Of a stretch of DNA of 64,000 nt, positions 35,988 through 44,587 are shown in pieces. Source of the stretch: a virus; the IMG/VR virus record IMGVR_UViG_3300045988_130750, positions 84,652-148,651 of that record; one strand, given 5' to 3'. The translations under genes and the position numbers were made by a program. The number at the start of each line of letters is the position of its first letter. The stretch's first letter is position 1. Under the pieces are notes generated by a model. That model searched no databases. It had not been told where the DNA came from and saw only the letters and a program-made list of their open reading frames with translations.

Positions 35988-37941
35988 GTTAGAAAGAATG
36001 AAAGAGCTTATTAATATACTTAATAACGCCTCTAATGCATACTATAATCAAACTCCGATTATGTCAGATTACGAATGGGATAAGTTATACGATGAATTAG
36101 ATTTACTTGAATATGTTACAGAAATAGTATTAGCAAATAGTCCAACACATAATGTTGGTTATTCGGTTTCAGATGAATTAAAAGAAGTAGAGCACAATCA
36201 TCCAATGCTTTCACTTGATAAAACAAAATCAATAGATGAGTTGATTGAATTTATTGGGAATAAGGATTGTTTCTTATCTGTAAAAGCAGACGGTCTTACA
36301 ACATCTCTTCATTATATTAATGGTAAGTTAATCGGTGCAGAAACTAGAGGCAATGGAGTGAGAGGTATTGAATGCCTTCAGAATGTATTAGTAATGAAGA
36401 ACGTACCAAAGGAAATTCCATATAAGGATGAACTTATTATTGATGGCGAAACAATTATCGGATGGGACACTTTTAGAGAGATCAATGATAAATTACCAAA
36501 AGATAAGAAGTATAAACATCCGAGAAATCTTGTATCTGGTTCATTGCAGTTACTGGATAGCAAAGAAGCTGCAAGCAGAAATATGAGATTTGTTGCTTGG
36601 AGAGTTATTAAAGGTTTTGAACATAAAACTCCTAGTGAAGATTTATTCAAGGCTAAAGATATTGGATTTGAGATTATACCGATACTGAAATCACCTAGAA
36701 TTAATCAAAAAGAAGAGTTAGCAATCTTATTAAATCAAATAAGAGAATCAGCAAACTCACATAATATTCCTTATGACGGAGCTGTTATGGCGATTGATGA
36801 TTATAAAATTGCAGAGTCTATGGGAAGAACGGATAAATTCTTCCGACATTCGATGGCATATAAATATGAAGATGAATTATTTGAAACAGTGCTTACAGAT
36901 ATTGAATGGAATACCTCTAAGACAGGCTTAATTAATCCTGTGGCAATCTTCAAGCCAGTTGACTTAAATGGAGCAATTACCACAAGAGCAACGCTTCACA
37001 ACATTACATATATTAAAGATATGATGCTTGGTATTGGAGATAGAATTAGAGTTTATCGTTCAAATATGGTTATTCCTAAAGTACATGATAGCATTGATAA
37101 GAGTGGCAATTTTAATATTCCAGATAAATGTCTTATATGCGGTCAACCTACAAGAATTATTAAAGAAAATGATTCAGAAGTTCTTATGTGCGAAAATCCA
37201 AATTGTAAAGGTAAACTTTTAGGTAGACTTGTTCATGCAGCAAGTCGAAATGCATTGGACATAGAAAATCTTTCAGAATCTACAATAGAGAAATTCATCA
37301 ATCTTGGTTGGTTAAATTCAATTCAGGATATTTATCATTTATCAGACCACGAAAATGAGATGAAAACCTTGGATGGGTTTGGCAAAAGATCTATTGAAAA
37401 ACTTCTTGGTTATATTGAAAAGTCTCGTAATACAAGTCTTGAACGTTTCCTTTATAGTTTATCAATTCCATTGCTCGGTAGGTCAACAAGTAAAATGATT
37501 TCTGAAGCAGTAGATCATGATTTCGATACATTTATTGATAAAATGACGATTAAAGGCGCAGAATATTTTAGATATTTACCTGGCATTGGAGATACATTAA
37601 TAGGCTCACTCAATGCTTATTGGAAAAATCACTATTCAGATATACTTCAGTTATCAGAAGAGTTTACATTTAAAAAATCCAATTTGATCTTAGATGAAAC
37701 TCCAAAAACATTACAGAATAAAATATTTGTTGTAACTGGCTCAGTTAACCATTATCCTAATCGGGATGCGTTGAAAGCTGATATTGAAGCCCATGGTGGC
37801 AAGGTTGTTGGAAGCATTTCTTCAAAGACTAATTATCTTATTAACAATGATATTAATTCGACTTCATCTAAAAACACAAAAGCAAAATCTTTAAATATTC
37901 CTATCATTTCAGAAGAAGATTTCTTAGCAATGATTCACTAA
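35980..37941 (+). CDS. ligA: NAD-dependent DNA ligase
   Basis: The adenylation motif is VKADGLT (KxDG). A Cys4 zinc finger is CLICGQ...CENPNC. An HhH region is present and the C-terminus is BRCT-like (FVVTGSV...R....I...GGKV). Confidence 0.85.
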   Translation: MNKLERMKELINILNNASNAYYNQTPIMSDYEWDKLYDELDLLEYVTEIVLANSPTHNVGYSVSDELKEVEHNHPMLSLDKTKSIDELIEFIGNKDCFLSVKADGLTTSLHYINGKLIGAETRGNGVRGIECLQNVLVMKNVPKEIPYKDELIIDGETIIGWDTFREINDKLPKDKKYKHPRNLVSGSLQLLDSKEAASRNMRFVAWRVIKGFEHKTPSEDLFKAKDIGFEIIPILKSPRINQKEELAILLNQIRESANSHNIPYDGAVMAIDDYKIAESMGRTDKFFRHSMAYKYEDELFETVLTDIEWNTSKTGLINPVAIFKPVDLNGAITTRATLHNITYIKDMMLGIGDRIRVYRSNMVIPKVHDSIDKSGNFNIPDKCLICGQPTRIIKENDSEVLMCENPNCKGKLLGRLVHAASRNALDIENLSESTIEKFINLGWLNSIQDIYHLSDHENEMKTLDGFGKRSIEKLLGYIEKSRNTSLERFLYSLSIPLLGRSTSKMISEAVDHDFDTFIDKMTIKGAEYFRYLPGIGDTLIGSLNAYWKNHYSDILQLSEEFTFKKSNLILDETPKTLQNKIFVVTGSVNHYPNRDALKADIEAHGGKVVGSISSKTNYLINNDINSTSSKNTKAKSLNIPIISEEDFLAMIH

Positions 37942-38003
37942 ATAATCCCAATAAAAAAGAGAATATAAGTATGTAACATATTCATTAACTATAGGAGAAA
38001 ATT

Positions 38004-38819
38004 ATGAAGAGAAAACAAATTCTAGCATTATTATTAATGCTTTCATTAACTCAAGTCGCCCCTATTATGGGGCATGAAGTATTAGCAAAAGAAACCAATG
38101 AATCAGCAAGTGGTGTAAGTAGTACATTCGCACATAGCATAAAGAAACATATGCAGGATGTAAAGCAAAATGAAAAAGATATTGTCACTGGATATACGAC
38201 ATGCAGTGTAAACATCAGAAGTGAGCCTGATATTAAAAGCGAAGTGGTGATGATATTAAAATATGGTGACGAGATTAAATATATTAAAGATGATTATGTA
38301 ACTGATGAATGCAATTACACATGGAATAAAATCATCTTTCAAGATAAAGAATTTTACATTTGTTCTGAATTCATTTCCCAAACACCTCCAAATTTTGTTT
38401 ATTATGATGTTCCTTTAAATGGGATAAAGAGTTTTATGAGTTATAAAGCTATTACATCAAAATCCAGTCCACAATATAAACTACAAAATATTGCATATAC
38501 AGGGAATTATGGTATTCGTCAAGTAAATGGGAGATATTGTATTGCCATTGGATCTTATTTTACAACAGATATTGGTCTATACATAGATTTGATTTTAGAA
38601 AATGGAGAAATTATCCCTTGTATTTTAGGAGATTGTAAGGACGATAAACATACTGACTCACAACACATTTTAACATATGATGGTTCATTAGCTGAATTTA
38701 TTGTAGATACTGCATTTTTAAATAGAGATGCTAAATTACATGGCGATATATCAAAATGTGATGAATGGGATAGCACGATTATTGGTGTAAAAATATATGA
38801 TGAAAAGGTGGAATTATGA
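38004..38819 (+). CDS. secreted SH3b-domain protein with uncharacterised C-terminal domain (possible cell-wall-active)
   Basis: The signal peptide is MKRKQILALLLMLSLTQVAPIMG. The SH3b-like segment is TCSVNIRSEPDIKSEVVMILKYGDEIKYI. The C-terminal domain is not identified. Confidence 0.45.
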   Translation: MKRKQILALLLMLSLTQVAPIMGHEVLAKETNESASGVSSTFAHSIKKHMQDVKQNEKDIVTGYTTCSVNIRSEPDIKSEVVMILKYGDEIKYIKDDYVTDECNYTWNKIIFQDKEFYICSEFISQTPPNFVYYDVPLNGIKSFMSYKAITSKSSPQYKLQNIAYTGNYGIRQVNGRYCIAIGSYFTTDIGLYIDLILENGEIIPCILGDCKDDKHTDSQHILTYDGSLAEFIVDTAFLNRDAKLHGDISKCDEWDSTIIGVKIYDEKVEL

Positions 38820-39073
38820 TTAAAGTAAAAGTCAAAATGAGAAATATAGAAGATGTTATGGATTTTACAAAGGATATGTCAAAAATGGCATCTGATGTTG
38901 ATATTGTAAAAGATAAATATTGTTGTGATGCCAAGTCACTATTAAGTTTGTATTCAGTAAATCTTCGTGAACCATTTCAAATTGTTTTGAATAGTGATGA
39001 TTTATCTGAAATAGCATTTTTCAAATCTATTTGTGAAAGATATGAGGTAAAAGATGATGAAAACTTTTCGTAA
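38816..39073 (+). CDS. HPr-like small protein (family usually annotated 'HPr family phosphocarrier')
   Basis: DIVKDKYCCDAKSLLSLYSVNLREPFQI parallels the D.VSGRY.IDAKSIMGIFSLDLSKP block of short clostridial HPr-like proteins as I recall them. No His15-type motif is present. Confidence 0.4.
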   Translation: MIKVKVKMRNIEDVMDFTKDMSKMASDVDIVKDKYCCDAKSLLSLYSVNLREPFQIVLNSDDLSEIAFFKSICERYEVKDDENFS

Positions 39074-39521
39074 TGTTAGTGTTTGGGGGTTCGACCATGC
39101 TTTAAGAATGGTTAAGAACAATAACCATACATATAAAAATGATAGCGGTATTTGTAAAGGTGGAGCAGATGGGATTGGATGCAATAATTGTTTCTATAAA
39201 GGAGCATGTAATCACACATATGACAGTAGTTTTCAATTAGGAACATTGGATATGTCATATATAAAAAATGATATTAAACATAGTGTTGAGTTTGGAACAA
39301 AGAAAAGTATTTTAAACTATGTATATATTTCTTTTGATGAAAGCATCAAGGATAAAGTATCTACTAAGGTTTATACATACAATCAAGTATTGCAATATAT
39401 AGAATGTAATCCAAAGTCAGAAAGAACTATATTTTTTAAGACATTACCATATGTAGAAGTATTATATGATTTTTATATTGGATATAAGTCATATTATAAA
39501 AATTGTCCAAAAAATTATTAG
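39054..39521 (+). CDS. hypothetical protein
   Basis: ATG-ATG start overlaps the upstream gene end. No motif recognised. Confidence 0.45.
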   Translation: MMKTFRNVSVWGFDHALRMVKNNNHTYKNDSGICKGGADGIGCNNCFYKGACNHTYDSSFQLGTLDMSYIKNDIKHSVEFGTKKSILNYVYISFDESIKDKVSTKVYTYNQVLQYIECNPKSERTIFFKTLPYVEVLYDFYIGYKSYYKNCPKNY

Positions 39522-39556
39522 TGACACAAAATAACCATTGAAAGGAGAAAACAGAA

Positions 39557-40105
39557 ATGTTAGCAATAATGGGAAAAGCTGCGTCAGGTAAAGATACAGT
39601 AAAAAATATTTTAGTAAAAGAACATGGGTTCAGTTCTATTATTACATATACAAATAGACCAATCAGACCTGGTGAAATACAAGATATTACATACCATTAT
39701 ATCACAGAAGATGAATTTTTAAAAAAAATAAAGGAAGGATTCTTCGCAGAATGGAAAAAATATAATGTTAATGGTGAGACATGGTACTATGGTTCAGCCA
39801 AGGAAGATTTTAAAAATGCAGATAAAAATACCGTAATTATACTTACGCCAGAAGGAATACGAGATATTAGAGAGAATGATATTGATATAACTGTATACTA
39901 TTTGTATTCGGACTTAAAAACAATACAAAAACGTTTATCTGAACGCAATGATATACATGATAAAGCAGAAAACAGAATTAAAAGAGACACAAAAGATTTT
40001 GAATTTGCTGAAATATTGGCAGATAAAATCATATCTAATAATTTAAATGATAATCTTGATGATGTGATAAACACTATAATTTATATGTACGACAAGGAGG
40101 AATAG
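39557..40105 (+). CDS. guanylate-kinase-like (d)NMP kinase
   Basis: The P-loop is GKAASGKDT. TYTNRPIRPGEIQDITYHYITEDEF matches the Gmk block S.TTR..R.GE..G.dY.F.s...F. YYGS is also present. Confidence 0.65.
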   Translation: MLAIMGKAASGKDTVKNILVKEHGFSSIITYTNRPIRPGEIQDITYHYITEDEFLKKIKEGFFAEWKKYNVNGETWYYGSAKEDFKNADKNTVIILTPEGIRDIRENDIDITVYYLYSDLKTIQKRLSERNDIHDKAENRIKRDTKDFEFAEILADKIISNNLNDNLDDVINTIIYMYDKEE

Positions 40106-40106
40106 A

Positions 40107-40526
40107 ATGGAAAGATTTCAAATTTATACTGCTGGTGCAACAAAAAATGTATCAAAAGATGAATCGCATAATTGGAGAAAAGCTACAAGAGATTGTTTGG
40201 AAAAGGTAGACGAAAAATATAATGTTAATGTATTTATTCCAGATGAATCTTTTAATTATGACACTTTATTACCAAAAACAGAAAGACAATGTATGAATTA
40301 CTTTTTATATAAAGTAAGTGAAAGTAATTTATTACTCGTAAACTTAAATAATTCAAGTTTATCAGTTGGAACAGGCATGGAAGTGCAAAAAGCGATTGAT
40401 ACCGGAATACCAATTATCGGATTTGGTACAGAAAATGTCTATCCATGGATAAATGAACATTGTGATATTGTCTTTGAAGATAAATATGATGCCCTGTTAT
40501 ATATTAAAGAATATTATTTATTGTAG
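40107..40526 (+). CDS. nucleoside 2-deoxyribosyltransferase-like protein
   Basis: IYTAG at the N-terminus and SVGTGMEVQKAIDTGIPIIGFG fit the NDT/Rcl pattern (YlAGP ... GT.fE.G.A...g.Pvi). Confidence 0.5.
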   Translation: MERFQIYTAGATKNVSKDESHNWRKATRDCLEKVDEKYNVNVFIPDESFNYDTLLPKTERQCMNYFLYKVSESNLLLVNLNNSSLSVGTGMEVQKAIDTGIPIIGFGTENVYPWINEHCDIVFEDKYDALLYIKEYYLL

Positions 40527-40545
40527 TGAGAGGTGATTTGATTCA

Positions 40546-40746
40546 GTGATTTATAGAACATTAACATGCCATGGACTTGCTAAGGAATTACTATCAAAAC
40601 AAGATAGTTTTCTCACAGTAACAATAAATGATAGAGAATATAGTATTAGAAACACTAAAAAAGTAAAAACACATGCTAATTTAGATGATAGTGTTACACA
40701 TACAACATTAGTATGTGATGAATTAAATGGAAATATCGTGAGGTAA
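40546..40746 (+). CDS. hypothetical protein
   Basis: GTG start lies 10 nt after gagaggtg. Confidence 0.4.
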   Translation: MIYRTLTCHGLAKELLSKQDSFLTVTINDREYSIRNTKKVKTHANLDDSVTHTTLVCDELNGNIVR

Positions 40747-40754
40747 TATAAGAG

Positions 40755-40898
40755 ATGCTAAGTAAAGAAGAAAGAAAAATGATTATTGAACTAATATGCA
40801 ACGAACAAACACACATGATTATCAAAGATCATACCAAATACGACTCTGATAAATATAAGAAACTAGAGGTATTGAAAATAAAAATTAAGGATATGTAG
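40755..40898 (+). CDS. 47-aa hypothetical protein (below the ORF-track cutoff)
   Basis: The product is MLSKEERKMIIELICNEQTHMIIKDHTKYDSDKYKKLEVLKIKIKDM. It fills an otherwise empty gap. SD is weak (ataagag). Confidence 0.35.
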   Translation: MLSKEERKMIIELICNEQTHMIIKDHTKYDSDKYKKLEVLKIKIKDM

Positions 40899-40906
40899 GT
40901 GAATAT

Positions 40907-41068
40907 ATGTCAGATATCACAATGTGTAGTAGTGAACATTGTCCTATGAAAGATAAGTGTTATAGAGCATCAGCAAAGCCAAACAAGTTTGCACAAAGTT
41001 GGTCAAATTTTGAGTATACTTGTAACGATAATGGCGGATTTAATAAATATATTTCACAAAAACATTAA
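40907..41068 (+). CDS. 53-aa Cys-rich protein (below the ORF-track cutoff)
   Basis: ATG follows gtaggtgaatat. The product is MSDITMCSSEHCPMKDKCYRASAKPNKFAQSWSNFEYTCNDNGGFNKYISQKH. Confidence 0.45.
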   Translation: MSDITMCSSEHCPMKDKCYRASAKPNKFAQSWSNFEYTCNDNGGFNKYISQKH

Positions 41069-41160
41069 AATAAGTCAAGAAATACATCATAAATTGATTT
41101 ATTTTATTTTGAAGGGACAATAAAAGGGTTGATTTCTTGTGGAATCGAGAAAGGAGATAA

Positions 41161-41478
41161 ATGGGAACGTATAATAAAGAAGATATCTATATGATAACTT
41201 TAGAAGGCATAGAACAGGGTTTATTTATAGGGGTAAGTAATAAACACTATGATGAATTATATAAGTATTATGGCTATTTAAAAGTGTTAGATAATACTGA
41301 TAATGTACAGAAATCAAATGAAGATAATGGAAAAATAAATAGATTACAAAAAGAGCTAGAACAAGAAAAAGCTTATTGTAAATTCTGGAAAGAACTAACT
41401 TTAAATCTTAAATCGTCATTTGAGGGACTTATAAACAAAATTGAGGAAGGAGATATAAATATTGACAAAAATAATTAA
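41161..41478 (+). CDS. hypothetical protein
   Basis: ATG follows gagaaaggagataa. Confidence 0.5.
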   Translation: MGTYNKEDIYMITLEGIEQGLFIGVSNKHYDELYKYYGYLKVLDNTDNVQKSNEDNGKINRLQKELEQEKAYCKFWKELTLNLKSSFEGLINKIEEGDINIDKNN

Positions 41479-42631
41479 GAGAGATTGTACAGAAGTAGAT
41501 TTTGATAAGTCTAAGATTTTCAATGCAATTCTCAAAGCAATGAAAAATGGTTCGGGAATTGTCAAACCTAAGATTGCTGAAGACATTGCAAATGAGATCG
41601 AGGAAGAGTGTAAAAATAAAGACGAAGTAAGTATCTCTAATATTGAGTCAATGGTATATGATAAATTGATTACGAAGAAACAGAGACTTACCGCAAAAGC
41701 ATATGAGGGTTACAGGAGCATTCGTGAGTTTCAGAGAGAGAATAATAACACTACTGACGAGCAGATATCAGAATTATTAGAAGGAACAAGTGATTATTGG
41801 AATAATGAAAATTCCAACAAAAATGCTCGCCTGCTAACTACCCAACGTGATTATATGGCAGGTATCGTTAGTACAGATATTACGAGAAGATTTCTTTTGC
41901 CACCAGAAGTAGTTCAAGCACATGATGAAGGATTAATTCATTTCCACGATGCTGATTACTTCGGACAGAATGCCATCACAAACTGCTGCTTAATTAATCT
42001 GGAAGACATGCTTCAAAATGGTACATGTATCAACAAGGTCAAAATTGATAAACCACATAGATTTATTACAGCAATGACCATTGCAACTCAGATCATTACT
42101 GCTGTTACGAGTTCCCAATATGGAGGGGCGAGTATTAGTTTGACTCACTTAGCTCCATTTGTAAGAGATAGTTACAACTTATATTTTAAGAAGTATAAAG
42201 CATGGGGATTTGATGATGAAAAATCTAAAGAATATGCAAAAGCTGATACCAAAAAAGAAGTTGTTGACGGAGTTCAGACGTTTAATTATCAGTGTAATTC
42301 TATGACTACAACAAATGGACAGTCTCCTTTTTTGAGTGTATTTATGTATCTTGGAGAAACAGAAGAATATAAAGACGAACTTGCAATGATTATTGAAGAA
42401 TTTCTTAATCAGAGAATTTTAGGAATGAAGAATGAAGTTGGAGTATATGTTACTCAAGCATTTCCTAAGTTGTTATATGTACTTGAAGAAGATAATATTC
42501 ATGAGAATAGCGAGTATTGGTATTTAACAGAACTCGCAGCTAAATGTACTGCAAAAAGATTAGTTCCTGATTATATTTCCGAAAAGAAAATGAAGGAATA
42601 TAAGGAAGGAAACTGTTTCCCGTGTATGGGT
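41462..42631 (+). CDS. nrdD: anaerobic ribonucleoside-triphosphate reductase (class III), exon 1
   Basis: TTG start follows aggaaggagatataaata. The ATP-cone N-terminus is IIKRDCTEVDFDKSKI. HFHD is present. The exon ends ...GNCFPCMG at 42631, and the ORF-track tail ERKLQPRINRLNLVA is intron read-through. Confidence 0.8.
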
Positions 42632-42916
42632 GAGCGTAAACTACAGCCCAGGATAAACCGATTGAACCTCGTTGCTTAGAGGGTGTGACTTTTAAAGTTG
42701 CTAACGGATAGGTCTTAGCGAGAAGAGATTCAATGACCTAAGATGAGTACCGTGCCAAGCCTATAATGTAGGAAGTGTGTATCGACTAAGGTGGGATGAG
42801 TGTACCACAAGAGGATTGGAGATAAGCACCAATTCAGAGCAGTCGGCTCGTTGATGAGAGTAACGGACTCGGAGAGAATATATAGTCAGTGTACATAGTG
42901 ATATGTAATAAAAATG
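42632..42916 (+). ncRNA. group I intron (ORF-less, 285 nt) in nrdD
   Basis: The 5' exon ends UGGGU. Intron 42641-42649 CUACAGCCCA pairs with UGGGU (P1, U.G at the splice site) and with the first 3' exon nt UGUAG (P10). The intron ends in G at 42916. Removal restores the conserved PCMG-CRSFL. The segment looks G+C-richer than its flanks and has stops in frame. Confidence 0.75.
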
Positions 42917-43906
42917 TGTAGAAGCTTTTTATCTCCTTGGAACGATGAAAATGATAATTATAAATTCTATGGACGTTTTAATCAGGGAGTTGTAACAATT
43001 AATCTTGTAGATGTAGCATTATCATCTGAAGGCGATTTTAATAAATTCTGGGAGTTAATGAATCAAAGAACAGAATTATGTCATAAGGCATTAAAATGTA
43101 GACATGAAAGATTAGAAGGAACTTTATCAGATGTTGCGCCTATTTTATGGCAGGACGGAGCATTTGCAAGACTTGAAAAAGGTGAAAAGATTGATAAATT
43201 ACTTCATGGTGGATATTCAAGTATCTCTCTTGGATATGCAGGATTATATGAATGCGTTAAATATATGACTGGTAATTCCCATACAGATCATTCAACAGGT
43301 CATGATTTTGGAATTAAGGTGATGGAATTTCTTAATGATAAATGCGAACAATGGAAGAGTGAAGATGACATTGGATATAGTACATACGGATCTCCAATCG
43401 AAAGTACAACTTACAAATTCGCTAAATGTCTAAAGAAGAGATTTGGTGTTATAGACGGTATTACAGACAGAGATTATATTACAAATTCTTATCATATCTT
43501 TGTAAAAGAACCAATCAATGCCTTTGATAAACTTTACATTGAATCTGAGTTTCAGTCATTGTCTCTTGGAGGATCAATCTCATACGTTGAGACATCTGAT
43601 ATGACACAAAATATTCCAGTTATTCTTGAAATTATTAAATACATTTATGACAATATCATGTATGCAGAATTAAATACAAAGTCTGATTATTGTCAAGTAT
43701 GTGGATATGATGGAGAAATTAAAATTATTGATGAAAATAATGAATTAATTTGGGAATGTCCTAACTGTAAAAATAGAGATAAAACAAAGATGAATGTTGC
43801 AAGAAGAACATGTGGATATATCGGAACGAACTTTTGGAATCAGGGACGTACTGAAGAGATTAATGAAAGATATATTCATCTAACAGATATTGCGGAGGAT
43901 ATTTAA
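42917..43906 (+). CDS. nrdD: anaerobic ribonucleoside-triphosphate reductase, exon 2
   Basis: It begins CRSFLSPW. The zinc site is CQVCGYDGE...CPNC. The glycyl-radical motif is RRTCGYIG near the C-terminus. Confidence 0.8.
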   Translation, partial: CRSFLSPWNDENDNYKFYGRFNQGVVTINLVDVALSSEGDFNKFWELMNQRTELCHKALKCRHERLEGTLSDVAPILWQDGAFARLEKGEKIDKLLHGGYSSISLGYAGLYECVKYMTGNSHTDHSTGHDFGIKVMEFLNDKCEQWKSEDDIGYSTYGSPIESTTYKFAKCLKKRFGVIDGITDRDYITNSYHIFVKEPINAFDKLYIESEFQSLSLGGSISYVETSDMTQNIPVILEIIKYIYDNIMYAELNTKSDYCQVCGYDGEIKIIDENNELIWECPNCKNRDKTKMNVARRTCGYIGTNFWNQGRTEEINERYIHLTDIAEDI

Positions 43907-44559
43907 TGAGATATGCAAGCATCCGCAACCTAGATGTGAGTAATGGGGAGAACATAGGTGTCTCCCTTTTCACACAAGGCTGTGATAGAAAACCACACTG
44001 TAAAAACTGTTTTAATCCTGAAACATGGGATTTTAATGGTGGTAAGGAGTGGACAGAAAAAACAAAAAATAAATTTATGGAACTCATTGATAGACCGTAT
44101 ATTAAGCGAATTTCCATATTAGGTGGTGAACCACTTGCAGAACAAAATTTAGATGATGTTTTGTCTTTAATCAAGGAAATTCGAGAAAAATATCCAATTT
44201 CTCAAAATCCCAATTCAGAAAACATAGGAAAATCAAGGGTTTTAGAAGATGAAAATTCCAAGGAAATCCGTATTTCTTTTCCTGAAAAAACTATCTGGCT
44301 CTATACTGGATATACTTTTGAAGAGTGTCAACCATTTTCAGAAAATGGATTATTACCAGGAAGTAAATTCGCACCAAATCTACAAAAGATACTAAAGAAA
44401 CGATGGGAGATAATTTCTAATGTAGATGTGCTCGTTGACGGAGAATATATAGATGGACAAAGGGATGTAACAAAAAAATGGGCTGGTTCAAAAAATCAAC
44501 AGGTAATAAATGTAAAAGAATCAATAAAAAACAATAAGATTATATTATATTGTGATTAA
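43906..44559 (+). CDS. nrdG: anaerobic RNR activating protein (radical SAM)
   Basis: VSLFTQGCDRKPHCKNCFNPETW is the NrdG-type Cys cluster, 2 residues longer than CxxxCxxC. ILGGEP is present. ATG overlaps the nrdD stop. There is an internal insertion of about 40 aa. Confidence 0.75.
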   Translation: MRYASIRNLDVSNGENIGVSLFTQGCDRKPHCKNCFNPETWDFNGGKEWTEKTKNKFMELIDRPYIKRISILGGEPLAEQNLDDVLSLIKEIREKYPISQNPNSENIGKSRVLEDENSKEIRISFPEKTIWLYTGYTFEECQPFSENGLLPGSKFAPNLQKILKKRWEIISNVDVLVDGEYIDGQRDVTKKWAGSKNQQVINVKESIKNNKIILYCD

Positions 44560-44587
44560 ATAAAGAAATTAATTTGGAGGAAACGAT

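Noticed and set aside
42632-42916. The nrdD interruption might be an intein or a simple frameshift or pseudogene.
   Set aside because: The insert has stop codons in the nrdD frame and no intein blocks. Both halves are intact and rejoin exactly in frame at a conserved motif. The boundaries show P1/P10 complementarity, a terminal G and a preceding U, so a group I intron is favoured.
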